From NCBI GenBank assembly GCA_028713635.1, contig JAQTNX010000001.1, positions 2,281 through 66,280 of the forward strand: 64,000 bases of DNA. Reading direction: 5' to 3'. Each line of letters starts with the position of its first letter. Position 1 is the stretch's first letter. Under the pieces are notes generated by a model, which worked only from the letters and a program-made list of their open reading frames with translations, was not told the origin of the DNA and made no database searches. Of the stretch, positions 1-9,425 are shown in pieces. A program made the position numbers and the translations under genes. This DNA is from Candidatus Bipolaricaulis sp. GTDB lineage: Bacteria > Bipolaricaulota > Bipolaricaulia > UBA7950 > UBA9294.

Positions 1-348
1 CGGACGCCCGCTTGGGGTGGGCAGTCCGGGCGACGGAGCGGACTCGGCGTCCGGCGCACAGGGGACGCTAAACAAGTCGAAGTAGAGCCCCCGGTCATTC
101 ACGCCCTGCATCTCGTACCACCCCGGGAAGCGGCCTCCGAGGCCGACGAAGTGGAACCCGAAGTATGCGGCGCCGTGCGCTGATTCGGTCGCCGCGGTAG
201 CCCAGATCGAGGCGTCGATCTTGTCGTTGTCCTCGTTGCCCCCTACGACGACCGCCCCGTCGCCGACCAGAACGACGCCGCTGCATGCCTCGGCGGCGGC
301 ATTTCCGAGACCGACGATCAGGATCAGGGCTCCAAGCACTCTCCTCAC
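1..348 (-). CDS. Choloylglycine hydrolase / penicillin V acylase family (Ntn hydrolase), N-terminal part only; gene continues beyond window start
   Basis: Manual minus-strand translation, not in ORF track. GTG at 348 is preceded by GAAGGTGG. Signal peptide VRRVLGALILIVGLGNAAAEA is followed directly by Cys (CSGVVLVGDGAVVVGGNEDN...), the typical N-terminal nucleophile arrangement of this family. No stop before position 1. Confidence 0.5.
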   Translation of the reverse strand, partial: MRRVLGALILIVGLGNAAAEACSGVVLVGDGAVVVGGNEDNDKIDASIWATAATESAHGAAYFGFHFVGLGGRFPGWYEMQGVNDRGLYFDLFSVPCAPDAESAPSPGLPTPSGRP

Positions 349-837
349 AACACCACCTTCCGCGGTGGCGGGATTGTACGAGGTTCCGGGGAGAGTGGAG
401 TCCTCACCCGAGGGGCGTACGTGCCGCTCGAAGAAGCGGCAGATCTCCTCCGCCGCGTCGATGTCCGTGCGGCAGTCGTTCCAGTGGTGGCGGCTGGCGT
501 CGGCCGGGTCGGATCGTCCTTCCGGAAGGGCGAGAAGGAACCCGTGCTCGTCGGCCAACGTCTTCCACGACCTCCCGCTCTCGCTCTCCCAGAGGCTTTC
601 TCCGCTGCCGAGTCCGCCGTGGAGAACAAAGACCACCGGGGCGGGCGTCTCGGGAGACGTCGGGGCGTACGCGGTCTAGGTGCGGCTGAGGCCGTCCCAA
701 GGAAGAGATCCGAAGCGCAGGGCCGGCTCCTCATCGGGAACGTGCGGAGCGCACGACGCGACGAAGAAGACGGCAACCCCGGACGTGATGGCGCCCGCCA
801 GCAGCGCTGCGATCCGCGAACCTGTCGTCGGCCGCAT
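349..837 (-). pseudogene. Esterase (PHB-depolymerase-type alpha/beta hydrolase) lipoprotein remnant, interrupted by an in-frame TAG and truncated
   Basis: ATG at 837 opens a lipoprotein signal MRPTTGSRIAALLAGAITSGVAVFFVASC (lipobox VASC), then 53 codons to TAG at 676-678. The same frame continues PVVFVLHGGLGSGESLW... (esterase N-terminal HGG region) but never reaches a GxSxG nucleophile. It runs without a stop into the downstream hydrolase start. Confidence 0.4.
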
Positions 838-925
838 GTTGCGGACAGTCTAGCACACGCGATTCGTTCGGCGGGCGAGCGCGGTCGTCCACCCTCGCGT
901 TCTGCCATCGGGTCGCACATACTTC

Positions 926-1543
926 GTGAGCTTCATGAGCCTGGAACGTGACCCTGCGGCTATTCCGCGCGACTGGGGAAGGAAGGCGTTGAGAGCGGTG
1001 TCTCGAGACTCAAGCAACCTCATCTGGATCGATCTCGAGACGACGGGCCTCAGCGTGGGCAGCCGAGTGATCCTCGAGATCGCGAGCCTCGTCACCGACA
1101 AGGACCTCTACGTTCTCGGCGAGGGACCCGTGATCGTCATCCATCACCCGGATGACGTCCTGTCCCGGATCGACTCATGGAGCCATCGGCAGCACGGCGT
1201 CTCCGGACTACTCGATGCCTCGCGAAGCTCGAACATCTCGCTCTCCGAGGCGGAACAGCAGACGCTTCGGTTTGTCCGCAAGCACGTCCCCTGCGGGGCC
1301 TCGCCGCTGTGCGGGAGCTCCATCTCGCTCGATCGCCGCTTCCTGATGCGCTACATGCCTGAGCTGAACGCGCATCTCTCACACAGGAACCTTGACGTCA
1401 GTACGGTGGCTGAACTCGCCGCGCGGTGGTACCCCGACGCGGCCGCGAAGCTCGACCGCGGCGTTCGCCACCGTGCCGCTCCGGATATCCGCGATTCGAT
1501 CGACGAACTCCGGCTGTACCGCAGGTTGATCTTCCGGGACTAG
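926..1543 (+). CDS. orn: Oligoribonuclease (DEDDh 3'-5' exonuclease)
   Basis: LIWIDLETTGL exo motif I, H-x4-D C-terminal motif, 205 aa typical length. Confidence 0.85.
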   Translation: MSFMSLERDPAAIPRDWGRKALRAVSRDSSNLIWIDLETTGLSVGSRVILEIASLVTDKDLYVLGEGPVIVIHHPDDVLSRIDSWSHRQHGVSGLLDASRSSNISLSEAEQQTLRFVRKHVPCGASPLCGSSISLDRRFLMRYMPELNAHLSHRNLDVSTVAELAARWYPDAAAKLDRGVRHRAAPDIRDSIDELRLYRRLIFRD

Positions 1544-1573
1544 TTGCACGCGTCGCGGCTCACGAGGGGAGAG

Positions 1574-1602
1574 CGGGCGAGGGCTCGATCCCCTCGCCCG
1601 CA
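1574..1602. terminator. Perfect 11-bp-stem hairpin between convergent orn and GNAT genes (bidirectional terminator candidate, no U-tract)
   Basis: gcgggcgaggg-ctcgatc-ccctcgcccgc lies between the stop codons at 1543 and 1612. Confidence 0.4.
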
Positions 1603-1611
1603 AACGATGGT

Positions 1612-2607
1612 CTACGACGCGACCAGGTTCTCCCCCGGGCGCAGTTCCTTCACGAACGTGCTCCGCCGATGCACGGGCGTCATTCCGACGCTTGCATAGA
1701 CACCGAGGGCGTCCGATGCGTTGTCGGAGTCGACGGTGAGCTCGACTCCCTTGAGACCGCGGGCATGCATCGCCCCAAAGGCCTCGAGGAGGAGGGCGCG
1801 GCCGATTCCGCGCCTTCGCCACGCGCGGCGGACCCCGAACTCATCGACGAGGCCGCACTCCTTGTCTCCGTGCGACTCGGCGTAGGTGCAGCAGTACCCG
1901 CAGATCTCCCCGCCGGTTGTGGCGAGAAACCACAAGCCCGGCTCGAAGTCGGGCGGCTTCATCCAGTGTCTCCAGCGCTCGACCTCGGCCTCGAGGGGCT
2001 GCTCGAGATACCCGTAGTGGTCCTGGAACGCGTCTCGATAGGCAAGGACGAGGTTCACGTCGTCTTCCCCCGGCCGAAACGTACGAACGGCAACTCCACC
2101 TGGCCACGCGGGCGCAGGCGGTCGGCGGTCGAACTCGAGGCGCAGGTTCGACCAGACGCGGTCGAGCCGGAAGCCGTGGCGCACGAGAACGTCTTCTCGG
2201 CGCCCGTCGTCCGTGTCGGCTCCCGCCAAGAGCACCACGCGAGCGCCCTTCGGAGCCCGAGGGAGGCTTTCCTGGGCGCGCGCTTCGAACCATGCGAAGA
2301 ACGTGTCGGTGAGCCCGTCGTCGCACTCGACCGCGGGGGCAAGGGTCAGGCCGATGAAGAGATCAACGTGGGGTTCCTTGACGTCGCTCAGAGAGCCGTA
2401 CCCGACGAGCTTCGCACCGTCCCATGCGACCTGCGTGTCGGTCTCGACGGCGAACCCCGGCGTCGACCAGCGGTGTTCGACGTCGGTGGACGTGTAGACG
2501 TTCGGCTGCCCGAGCAGGGCGGCGCGGCGATTCCACAGATCAGCGATCGCGGCGGAGTCGCAGAGCTGCGCCGGCCGCAAGGCAAAGCGGTCCGTTCTGC
2601 TACTCAA
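1612..2607 (-). CDS. Tandem-GNAT N-acetyltransferase (MshD-like architecture)
   Basis: Two acetyl-CoA-binding GNAT cores (RRRGIGRALL motif in the C-terminal half), 331 aa. Confidence 0.75.
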   Translation of the reverse strand: MSSRTDRFALRPAQLCDSAAIADLWNRRAALLGQPNVYTSTDVEHRWSTPGFAVETDTQVAWDGAKLVGYGSLSDVKEPHVDLFIGLTLAPAVECDDGLTDTFFAWFEARAQESLPRAPKGARVVLLAGADTDDGRREDVLVRHGFRLDRVWSNLRLEFDRRPPAPAWPGGVAVRTFRPGEDDVNLVLAYRDAFQDHYGYLEQPLEAEVERWRHWMKPPDFEPGLWFLATTGGEICGYCCTYAESHGDKECGLVDEFGVRRAWRRRGIGRALLLEAFGAMHARGLKGVELTVDSDNASDALGVYASVGMTPVHRRSTFVKELRPGENLVAS

Positions 2608-2847
2608 TGGAGTTCGCTCCTTTGGTTGCGCCGGGACGCCCCGGTCCGCTCGATCGAACGGAGCGCGAATGCGACTCGCTGTCTACCGAGGCGAGACCGG
2701 GGGCGTCGCCGACGTGCTTCGAGTTCCAGTCATGCGATCACCCCCTTTTCGATGGACTCACCCGCACGGCGGGCGGCGCGGCAGTATACGCGAATCGGTC
2801 CATGTCCGTCGACACCTGGGCTGCCGATGGAGCAGCGGAGGCTGTCC

Positions 2848-2958
2848 AGGACGCCGCGTCCCGCTGCCATGGACGCGCCGCGTCTCGCTGCCATGGACGC
2901 GCCGCGTCCCGTTGCCACGGACGCGCTGCGTCCCGTTGCCACGGACGCGCCGCGTCTC
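2848..2958. repeat. 24-bp direct tandem repeat, about 4.5 copies (consensus ccatggacgcgccgcgtcccgytg)
   Basis: Contiguous copies at 2867-2890, 2891-2914, 2915-2938, plus partial copies either side. The repeat lies in the 403-bp divergent intergenic region between the GNAT start (2607) and the lipoprotein start (3011). Confidence 0.85.
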
Positions 2959-3010
2959 GTAGACTGGCACGTTCTCTCTCTACCCGGAGGAGAGGACAGG
3001 GGGTGCCGGT

Positions 3011-3850
3011 GTGAAGAGGAAGGCTCGCGTCCTTGTTCTGATGGTCCTACTGCCCACTCTCGTCGTTGCCTGCGCGTCGCATCGGGAGACTCCCACGGTA
3101 TCGGCGCCCACTGCACAGCCCACGGCGAAGCCATCGGCGTCGGCCCCGGTGTCTCCCGCCCCCGCGCCGACGCGGCCTGGGGTGGATATTGCAGCGTCCG
3201 CAGGTCCCGGCGGCGCGAGTGTCTCGATCGATGTCACCGTCCCGGCCGCGGAAGACGTCTTCGCCCGGTCAGCAGCGGCTCTCGCCGCGCTGCAGAGCTA
3301 CCGGTACGTGACGACGTTCTCGTTTGCCGGAGAGGATGGGGGGAAGCTCGAATCCGGGTCGGTCGAAGTCCGTGGGGCGGTCGCGGCGCCTGACCGGCAG
3401 CGCGTGACGTGGAAGGACCTTGAGACAGGCGAGCAGTTCGGTCTCCTCCGTATCGGCGAGCGTGCGTGGATCCTTGACGGCGCCGAGTGGACGGCCGTGC
3501 CGACCCTCGTGGCCGACGCGGCGAGCCAGGCGATCCTTGTCTATGTCCCGGCGATGAGTTGGGGCAGCTTCGCCAAGGGGATGGGGACGACTTCTACGTT
3601 CATCGGAGTCGACACCCTCGGTGGGATCCAAGCGCGGCACTACGCGTCAACGTACCGCGGCTGGTCGGAGTTCTGGCAGGGGGAGATCACCGCATCCGCC
3701 GTCGACGTGTGGATTGCCGAGGCGGGGTATCCGATTCGCTACCGGTTCGCGGCCAGCGGAATCGACGAACAGGGGAACCATGGATCGCTGCTCTGGACCA
3801 TGGAACTCTCAGACGTGAACGCGCCGGTGTCGATCGACGCGCCGCAGTAG
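3011..3850 (+). CDS. Putative lipoprotein of unknown function
   Basis: Signal peptide with lipobox LVVAC, Ala/Pro-rich linker, RBS ggaggagagg upstream. Confidence 0.65.
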   Translation: MKRKARVLVLMVLLPTLVVACASHRETPTVSAPTAQPTAKPSASAPVSPAPAPTRPGVDIAASAGPGGASVSIDVTVPAAEDVFARSAAALAALQSYRYVTTFSFAGEDGGKLESGSVEVRGAVAAPDRQRVTWKDLETGEQFGLLRIGERAWILDGAEWTAVPTLVADAASQAILVYVPAMSWGSFAKGMGTTSTFIGVDTLGGIQARHYASTYRGWSEFWQGEITASAVDVWIAEAGYPIRYRFAASGIDEQGNHGSLLWTMELSDVNAPVSIDAPQ

Positions 3851-3980
3851 TCAGGCGGAGACGGGGGACTTGGCGGACGCCGACTGCATCGTTCGGCTTG
3901 CCGTCTCTCACCGGGTGGAGTAGCGTATGTTCTCGCATAGGCCACGGTGAATGCACAGGTACGAGGAGGTGGCCTTTGTG

Positions 3981-5357
3981 ATGGCACACAGAGGATTCTC
4001 GGCACTCCGAACGCTAGCGCCGCTCCTATGCGTGGCGCTGTTCTCGGTTGCCGCAAGTGCGACTCACTGGGGTGTCCAGACCTCCTCATCCGGCGCCGTG
4101 ACTCCCGATCTCGAGGCCCTACAGACCTCACCTCACCTCTGTGCGGCATTCGAGGAGCACCCGACGGTGGGAGCCCCTCTTGCGGACGTCGAGCGGGCGC
4201 TCTCCGACCTCACAGACTTCTGGGGCATCGAACTCGACTCCATTCTTGCCTCCGCCGGGCGATGGGGTGCGTCCTCTCCTTGTCTGTGCGTGTTGTTTGT
4301 CTACGCGAGCCCGGAGGACATGGCGCGGGAGCTCAATCGCTTCGACGTCTCAGGAGCAAGCGTCTGGGCGAGTTCCCTTCCGCCGTACACGCCGTTCGAC
4401 ATACCGCCAGTCATGAGATGGCAGTTCCCGATTCTCACGCTCACGAGTGGCTACCGGAATGTCGGATGGTTGACGACGGTGACCCGTGAGCTCGTCCGTG
4501 CATTGCTCATGAGAACGTGGCAAGGCACATTCGTCGGGCAGACGCCGGTGGAAGAGTACCTCCTGAGGAACGGACTCGCGGAGTGGAGCGTCCGCCGTCT
4601 CGGCGGCGCGGACCGCCGTGAGGCTGACCGCGCGTCCGTTGCACGATGGCTGCGCGATGGAGGAGCGCTGGACGCCGTGCCGTACTACCTCAGCCTTGAG
4701 GTTGCCGCGAGTCTGGTGGAGCGATGGGTACGCCTGGCGGGAGCGCCCTCCGTCTGGGCGACGTGCGGTGTTCCCTGTGTGCTGAAGCGCGGTACTCTGA
4801 CGAAGCTGCTTCTCTCCGATGAACCCTGCGAACCGGCCGACTTCCCGTCGGCCTTCTTTGCGTCGGCAGGTGTGACGTGGCCTCAGTTTGTCGCCGATTG
4901 GGTGGTCGAGACGCAGTCGGCCTCGGGGGCTGCCTTCTCCGAGGTACTGGATCGCTGGAAGAAGGACGCTTTCGAGCTTCGGCAGGTTCTTCTCCGGCCA
5001 ATCCTGCAGCAAGAGACGCTCGCGGAACTCGATTCGATTGTGCAGCGCGTGGCTGCCGGCCGGGCGACGGCCGAGGATCTCGATCGAGCGGAGAGCCTGT
5101 TGCAGCGTGCGCCCGAGGATGGAATCGACATCGACGTGGAGGCACTGGCCTCTCGAGAGGACACGCTTGCGTGGTACGCGCTCCGCGTGGCCGAGGCCAC
5201 GAACGAGATGGCCGCAGTCCGCTCGGCCAGTGAGTCGGCTCGGAAATCTGATCGCGACCCGGCGGAGTACGCCCGGCGCTTCGCCCGCGTGGTCAACGCC
5301 CACGTGCCGGCGGCCATGCGGCTTCCTCTGTCAAAGTATGAGCTGCCGACAGGTTGA
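3981..5357 (+). CDS. Secreted hypothetical protein (paralog A of a tandem pair)
   Basis: ATG 3981 with gaggaggtgg 8 nt upstream. Signal peptide MAHRGFSALRTLAPLLCVALFSVAASA. Conserved blocks DFWGIELD and WLRDGGALDAVPYYLSLEVAASLVERWVRL are shared with the downstream paralog. Confidence 0.65.
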   Translation: MAHRGFSALRTLAPLLCVALFSVAASATHWGVQTSSSGAVTPDLEALQTSPHLCAAFEEHPTVGAPLADVERALSDLTDFWGIELDSILASAGRWGASSPCLCVLFVYASPEDMARELNRFDVSGASVWASSLPPYTPFDIPPVMRWQFPILTLTSGYRNVGWLTTVTRELVRALLMRTWQGTFVGQTPVEEYLLRNGLAEWSVRRLGGADRREADRASVARWLRDGGALDAVPYYLSLEVAASLVERWVRLAGAPSVWATCGVPCVLKRGTLTKLLLSDEPCEPADFPSAFFASAGVTWPQFVADWVVETQSASGAAFSEVLDRWKKDAFELRQVLLRPILQQETLAELDSIVQRVAAGRATAEDLDRAESLLQRAPEDGIDIDVEALASREDTLAWYALRVAEATNEMAAVRSASESARKSDRDPAEYARRFARVVNAHVPAAMRLPLSKYELPTG

Positions 5358-5407
5358 GGCGGTGCTGTTGGGGGGAGCTGGGATGAACGGCGGATCCTTG
5401 CGCGGGC

Positions 5408-6690
5408 TTGGTTTGCATGATCATCGGGGGCGCGATCGTCGCATCTGCCTCCCCTCCCTTGCGGCGGGCACAACGGAGTGGACGGTCTAGACGTCACCCG
5501 ACGTCGTGCTCTTCGTGGAAGGAGACGTCGACGCGTCGGCCCCGCTCGCTCTCATCGCGCAATCCCTCTCCGAGGTCGTCGACTACTGGGGGATCGACAT
5601 CGATGCGGTCGCGAGGAGTGTGGCCGGCTCCGAGCGGCGTCTCTGCTCTGTCAAGCTCTACTCGGATTGGGAGGCGATGGTGCGAGAGTTGGGTTGCTTC
5701 GCTTGCGCGGGGACCGTCACTGCGTGCGATGTCACGGGCCCGAACGCGAGCAGCGTCCCTACATCCGAGCCCTGTGCCTGGTCGCCGTTGGCCGTCGCGG
5801 CTGGCGGGTACCCGGCGTGTGACTGGCTCGCGGTCGGGGTGCATGAGATTGGCCAGGTTCTGCAGTCGTACACGCGGCGCGTTGGGTTCGATCGGGCGTG
5901 GGCGGAGGATGACCTCTTCCGCGAAGGGGTTGCGAAGTGGACTCGATATGCGCTCGGGTCCGGGGACTTTGTCGCTGATGCGCAGAGCCTTGTCTCTTTC
6001 TGGCTGAGGGCAGGCGGCACTCTCGACGCTGTTCCGTTCTACCTCGAGCACGACGTGGGAGCCAGTCTTGTGGAGCCCTGCGTCCGCCTTGGCGGGCCAC
6101 GGAGGCGGTGGTCGATCTGCAGCGAGGCGAAAGCAACCCCGTCGGCGGCACGGGGCTCAACTGCCACGAGCCCGTCGACTTCGTCCGAGCATTCCGCGAA
6201 GCCTACGACGTCACGTGGAGCGGCTTCGTCGCTGACTGGGCCGGCGAGGCGGGCTCGACGGATCCGCGCCCGGGAACGGAGCTCCGCATTCGCTGGCGAC
6301 GCGATGCCTTCGACCTCCGGAGCGTTCTGCTCCGCCCGCTTCTTCGCGAGGAGTCCCGTGCTGATCTTGACAGAATCGGGCAAGCCGTCGCCGATCGTAC
6401 AGCTTCTTCCACCGACCTCGACCGCGCCGAGGAACTCCTCGAAGGGCGCCGGAGGGGAACGCGGAGGTCGACGTCGAGGCACGCGGCGCGAGAGGAAACG
6501 CTGAAGAGATAAGCACTCCGAGTGGACGCAACGCGAGCCGGCGTCGTCAACGTCCTCCGTCTCGGGATGCTGGCGCGGCGAGGAGCCGCCGACTCAAGAG
6601 AGTGCGCGAAGGCCTTTGCGGGCGCTGTCACTGCCTATCTGCCCGTCGCCGTCTCCCTGCCGCTGACGTTCCAGTCCGTGCGGAATCTCC
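5408..6690 (+). pseudogene. Frameshifted paralog B of the upstream secreted protein
   Basis: Homologous segments lie in at least three different frames: 5506-6070 (DYWGIDID...WLRAGGTLDAVPFYLEHDVGASLVEPCVRL), 6108-6480 (VTWSGFVADW...LRSVLLRPLL...DLDRAEELL) and 6522-6690 (AKAFAGAVTAYLPVAVSLPL). A possible signal-peptide-like start sits at 5408 in a fourth frame. Confidence 0.55.
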
Positions 6691-6714
6691 GAAAAACGGC
6701 CGCGAAGCTCCGCG

Positions 6715-8406
6715 TCAGCTTCTGCCGCCGCCGTTGCGCTCAAGGGTTCTTCCGAGTGCCCAGAACGCGGCGGCGAGCAGGACGCACAGGCCGGCCGAAT
6801 ACCACACCCACCACGGGAAGCCGAACCATCCGAGGCGGTTGTCGCCCCACGCCCACACGTCTTGCGATGCCAGGAAGAACAGCGCGAGCACACCCGCCCA
6901 GCCCATCGAGGCCTTGCGGCTCAGCGGGTGCAGCAAGGGTGCGTGGCGGCCTTCACGGCGCTTCGTGAGGAAGCTACCGACGACAAGAACGAGGGCCGTC
7001 CCGACGACGACGGGGACGACGGGGAGCGTGCCGAACGTGGGAAGCGCCTTCAGGTGGTAGGCAACGACGAGTCCCTCTCCCACGACGATCGATGCGATCG
7101 CTGCGCCCGGTGTCATCCGAGGCCAATAGATGGCGGCAATCACCGTCGGGAAGAGGACGGCAAGGCCGGTGAACGCCTCGGTCGTGATCTCGAGGAACGT
7201 GGCCGGCGGCCGGTATGCCAGAGCGAGTCCGGCGAGGCCCAGGACGACCACGAACGCGCGGCCCACCCACTCCGACGGCGCGGCGATCTCCGCGCGGCTC
7301 CGCGCGATGCGTGCCCGCAGGGGGGCATAGACGTCGCGCGTGAACATCGATGACAGGGTCAAGAGCTGCGAGTCGAGGGTGGTGATGAGCGCGGCGAGGC
7401 CCGCGGAGAGCACGAGGGTCTCGACGAGCGGCGACGCGTGTTTGTGCAGCAGAAGCGGCAGGATCTGGTCGGATGCGGTTCCGCTGGGAAGCCGCGGGTA
7501 CGACAGCCTCCCCATCACGCCGATGGCGACCGGAAGCAGGAACAGGAATCCGGTCACGAGGGGGTACAGAGCCATCGTCGTGGAGAGCGCGCGGGGATTC
7601 TTTGCGGCGTAGAAACGCTGAAAGAGCTGCGGGAACATCGGATCGCAGAGAAACCAGAGGATCATGTACCCGAACCAGATCCCCGGAGTGAACGTGCCGT
7701 CCAGGCCCGGACGCGAGAAGAGAGCAGGGAAGTCGGCGGCCGCCGTTCGGTTCGCCGCGGCCATCCCTCCGAACGGCGCCGCGACGGCCAGAAGACCGAG
7801 CGTCATGAAGACGATCATCATGGCACCCTGGAAGACGTCGGTCCACACCTCACCGCGGAACCCGCCAAGCAGCACGTAGGCGAGGATGATAATCGTGACG
7901 AGGACCGCCCCGACGTAGTAGGGAATCCCGAACAGCGACGCGAGAGCGTACCCGGCGGCCATCGGCTGGATGGCGAGGTACGGGAGGGTGAACGCGGCCA
8001 TGACGAGGAAGAAGACAAGCCGCAGCCTTGGGCTCGCCGTCCGCTGAAAAACCAGTTCCGGCGGGGTGATCAGCCCGTGCTCCTTGCCCAGCCGCCAAAC
8101 GGGGTGGCCGATCAGGACGAACGAGAGGGCCATGAACCCCGTTCCGAACGCCATGATGGGATAGAACGCGTACCCGATTCTCCATCCGGCGCCGGAGAAC
8201 CCAAAGACCGTGAACGCGCTGAAGTTGGTTGCGGCCATGGTCAGGAAGAGAACCCAGCCCGGCAGCGTTCGCGAGGCGAGGAAGTAGTCGTCGGGCGTCT
8301 TGCGCCGCTTCGCGCGAGCGAGAAGCCCGATGCCAAGGAGAGCCCCCAAGTACGCTCCCACGACTGCGAGCCGAATCGCCATGTCCCCTCCAAAGAGAAA
8401 CGCCAT
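6715..8406 (-). CDS. Sodium:solute symporter family transporter
   Basis: 563 aa, about 13 TM segments, SSF-like organisation. Confidence 0.8.
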   Translation of the reverse strand: MAFLFGGDMAIRLAVVGAYLGALLGIGLLARAKRRKTPDDYFLASRTLPGWVLFLTMAATNFSAFTVFGFSGAGWRIGYAFYPIMAFGTGFMALSFVLIGHPVWRLGKEHGLITPPELVFQRTASPRLRLVFFLVMAAFTLPYLAIQPMAAGYALASLFGIPYYVGAVLVTIIILAYVLLGGFRGEVWTDVFQGAMMIVFMTLGLLAVAAPFGGMAAANRTAAADFPALFSRPGLDGTFTPGIWFGYMILWFLCDPMFPQLFQRFYAAKNPRALSTTMALYPLVTGFLFLLPVAIGVMGRLSYPRLPSGTASDQILPLLLHKHASPLVETLVLSAGLAALITTLDSQLLTLSSMFTRDVYAPLRARIARSRAEIAAPSEWVGRAFVVVLGLAGLALAYRPPATFLEITTEAFTGLAVLFPTVIAAIYWPRMTPGAAIASIVVGEGLVVAYHLKALPTFGTLPVVPVVVGTALVLVVGSFLTKRREGRHAPLLHPLSRKASMGWAGVLALFFLASQDVWAWGDNRLGWFGFPWWVWYSAGLCVLLAAAFWALGRTLERNGGGRS

Positions 8407-8564
8407 CCGCTCGAGGCTGGATGGCGTTGCCTAGACATGCCTCACGCTCAGTATACGGGGTTGCCGAGCTGAACGCGAAGGGCGTCGAGACCCGTGAGTT
8501 GCTCCAGCGCTCCGAATCCGCTATCACTACGGATCTGCCGTGGCGCAGGGTGAGGGAGGTTCCG

Positions 8565-9425
8565 ATGTCGTGGAGCAGCAAGCGGCCTAAGAAGGAACGA
8601 AAGCCCGCCGTCATCGTCCGCTGGGCGTGGAAGATGGGGTGGCAACCCGGGCGCGTCATGCGTGAGGTCCTCGAGTGGATCGAAGTCCTCGTCGTGGCGG
8701 GCGCGCTCGCCGCGCTGATCATGACGTTCGTCACCGTGCGGATGCATGTCCCCACCGGTTCGATGATCCCCACGATCGACCCGAAGGACTCGTTCTTCGT
8801 CGACCGGATCACGTACTACTTCCGCGACCCGAAGCCGGGAGACATCGTCGTCTTCCGCCACACCGAGGAAGTGCACGTGAAGAAGGTGGCCGAGAGCTCG
8901 CCCGCGGCGGCGGCGAAGGTCCCGACAGGGGTTCGACTCCTCTACCTCAACACGGAGCCTGCGTACTCGACGGCGTTCCTCAACGGTCGGTTCGCGACGT
9001 GGGCGAGCGGGACGCCGCTTCAGCTGACCACCGCGGACGGGCGGCGCTACGACCTCGGGACCAAGGCGGCGAACGCAAAGACAATCGCGGACCTCGGCAT
9101 CCAGACGAGCGAACGGCGAATGCGCTACGTCAAACGCCTCATCGCGGTGGGTGGGCAGACGGTCCAGATCCGCGACGGCGCGATCTACGTCGACGGCGCC
9201 AAGCTGACGGGCGAACGCTTCGATCGCTTCTACTACTCCGACGACGCGCGGCTTCGATTCGGCGTCGAGCCGACGAAAGTGCCTGAGGGGTTCTACTTCG
9301 TCCTCGGCGACAACTCGAGGGAGTCGTTCGATTCGCGCTTCTGGGGCTTCGTCGACGACCGCGACATGATCGGCGTTCCGTACCTCCGCGTCTGGCCGCT
9401 CACGCGGTTCGGGACGATGCACTAG
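8565..9425 (+). CDS. lepB: Signal peptidase I
   Basis: Motifs GSMIPTI (Ser nucleophile), VKRLIAVGG, GDNSRESFDSRFWG. ATG 8565 follows gagggagg. The longer ORF from 8229 would overlap the transporter. Confidence 0.85.
   Translation: MSWSSKRPKKERKPAVIVRWAWKMGWQPGRVMREVLEWIEVLVVAGALAALIMTFVTVRMHVPTGSMIPTIDPKDSFFVDRITYYFRDPKPGDIVVFRHTEEVHVKKVAESSPAAAAKVPTGVRLLYLNTEPAYSTAFLNGRFATWASGTPLQLTTADGRRYDLGTKAANAKTIADLGIQTSERRMRYVKRLIAVGGQTVQIRDGAIYVDGAKLTGERFDRFYYSDDARLRFGVEPTKVPEGFYFVLGDNSRESFDSRFWGFVDDRDMIGVPYLRVWPLTRFGTMH

Noticed and set aside
2848-2958. Tandem repeat as a CRISPR array
   Set aside because: The copies are contiguous with no spacers, the unit is 24 bp, and there are no cas genes.
8229-8564. 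Upstream extension of the lepB ORF
   Set aside because: It overlaps the symporter gene. The ATG at 8565 has a gagggagg RBS and gives a canonical N-terminal TM anchor.
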